Made by a program: the position numbers and the translations under genes
The notes under the pieces: model-generated
Databases searched by the model: none
Told to the model about the DNA's origin: nothing
What the model saw: only the letters and a program-made list of their open reading frames with translations
Shown here: positions 63,140 through 64,000 of the stretch, piece after piece
Layout of the letters: every line of letters begins with the position of its first letter
How positions within the stretch are numbered: the first letter of the stretch is position 1
DNA from: Octopus bimaculoides
Taxonomy: Eukaryota
DNA: 64,000 nt
Reading direction: 5' to 3'
NCBI RefSeq assembly: GCF_001194135.2
Contig: NC_068982.1
Coordinates: 48,684,556 to 48,748,555 of the forward strand

Positions 63140-63420
63140 GAAAGCAAATTTTTTACTGCTTGCTTTCAGTCATAGAGCAGTGATCTTATTTTATTTGTAT
63201 TCTATTATTTTCAAGAAGGGAGCATAAAAAAGAGTGACAAAACAAAAAATGAATAAGTAACTAAGAAAGAGAAAGCAAATTTTTTACTGCTTGCCTCTCA
63301 GCCATGTTAAGTTGTCAACAGAAAGCAAATTTTTCACTGCTTGCTTTCAGTCATAGTAAGAGCAGTGACCAAGAAAGAGAAAGACAGAAAAAGCAGACAT
63401 TTTGCTGCTTGTCTTTCATC
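63140..63420. repeat. Four spaced copies of an approximately 30-bp hairpin-forming unit
   Basis: gaaagcaa-N-ttgctttc at 63140, 63271 and 63321; degenerate at 63389. Confidence 0.75.
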
Positions 63421-63624
63421 TGTGTTAAACAGCAGACACATTGTCAACTTTTTTTATTTCTTGAAGTGCTGTTGTTTTTACTGTCCTGTGCATCAGAGAT
63501 CAAAACTTTCCTATTCAGAAGACTTTTCTGAGGCTTTCCTCATAGTTGGACAGATTTAGACAAGAAATGTATATTTAGTCAATTTACAAGTTTCTTTTAT
63601 TGCTTTCTGATATCTAATGAATCT

Positions 63625-63735
63625 AACCCAGTACCTTTTTAAAAACCTGGAGCATATTCTTTTGGTCTCTCATGCTGAACTGCTAAGTTACAGGAACATA
63701 AACACACCAACATAAGTTGCCAAGCATTGGTGAAG
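63625..63735 (-). mobile_element. SINE family A fragment
   Basis: gctaagttacaggaacataaacacaccaac. Confidence 0.7.
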
Positions 63736-63824
63736 CACAAACACAAAATGCACATACAAATACACACGCACATTTATATATATATATATATATATATAGT
63801 TCAAAAACACAATAACAAAAAAAC

Positions 63825-64000
63825 AAAAAAACAACAAGGTGAGGACGTGATATGGATAGTATTATTGGACGCTCAGGAAAGGAAAGAGAGAGTGTATGAC
63901 GTTTCGGGCGTAGCCCTTCGTCGGAAAGATGGAAAGTTCGGAGAATGGAAGAACGGAGAAAGAGGAAAATGGTACCGATGCCCACGAGGTTACATGATGA
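63825..64000 (-). mobile_element. Penelope-like LTR fragment with hammerhead-like motif (63898-63924), running to the window edge
   Basis: Homologous to 9060-9240; on -: ccgacgaagggctacgcccgaaacgtc. Confidence 0.65.

Overview
This is AT-rich, microsatellite-dense, gap-containing eukaryotic DNA. The SINE/MITE/RTE repeat set and the nine N-gaps point to an octopus draft genome, which is an inference from recalled repeat families. Most of the window is intronic or intergenic. It holds about 45 SINE copies from 4-5 families, non-autonomous DNA transposons (piggyBac, hAT, mariner, Tigger, Helitron), degraded hAT transposase and LINE (RTE, L1/Tx1) fragments, and two Penelope-like LTR fragments. Almost all ORFs in the supplied track are microsatellite or antisense artefacts. 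Only two candidate + strand host exons (61473-61609 and about 62882-62954) look reasonably real, and I cannot name the gene. The most interesting observations are four. (1) An internally deleted RTE retrotransposon ends in three tandem canonical C2H2 zinc fingers (46892-47181). (2) Two copies of a minimal hammerhead-ribozyme-like motif show a compensatory base-pair change in stem II (9136-9162 on +, 63898-63924 on -). (3) An RTE reverse-transcriptase fragment has its domains in permuted order. (4) Several long hairpins are present, including a pre-miRNA-sized one at 27725-27795. All family assignments come from manual motif recognition, not database searches. SINE and fossil boundaries are approximate.
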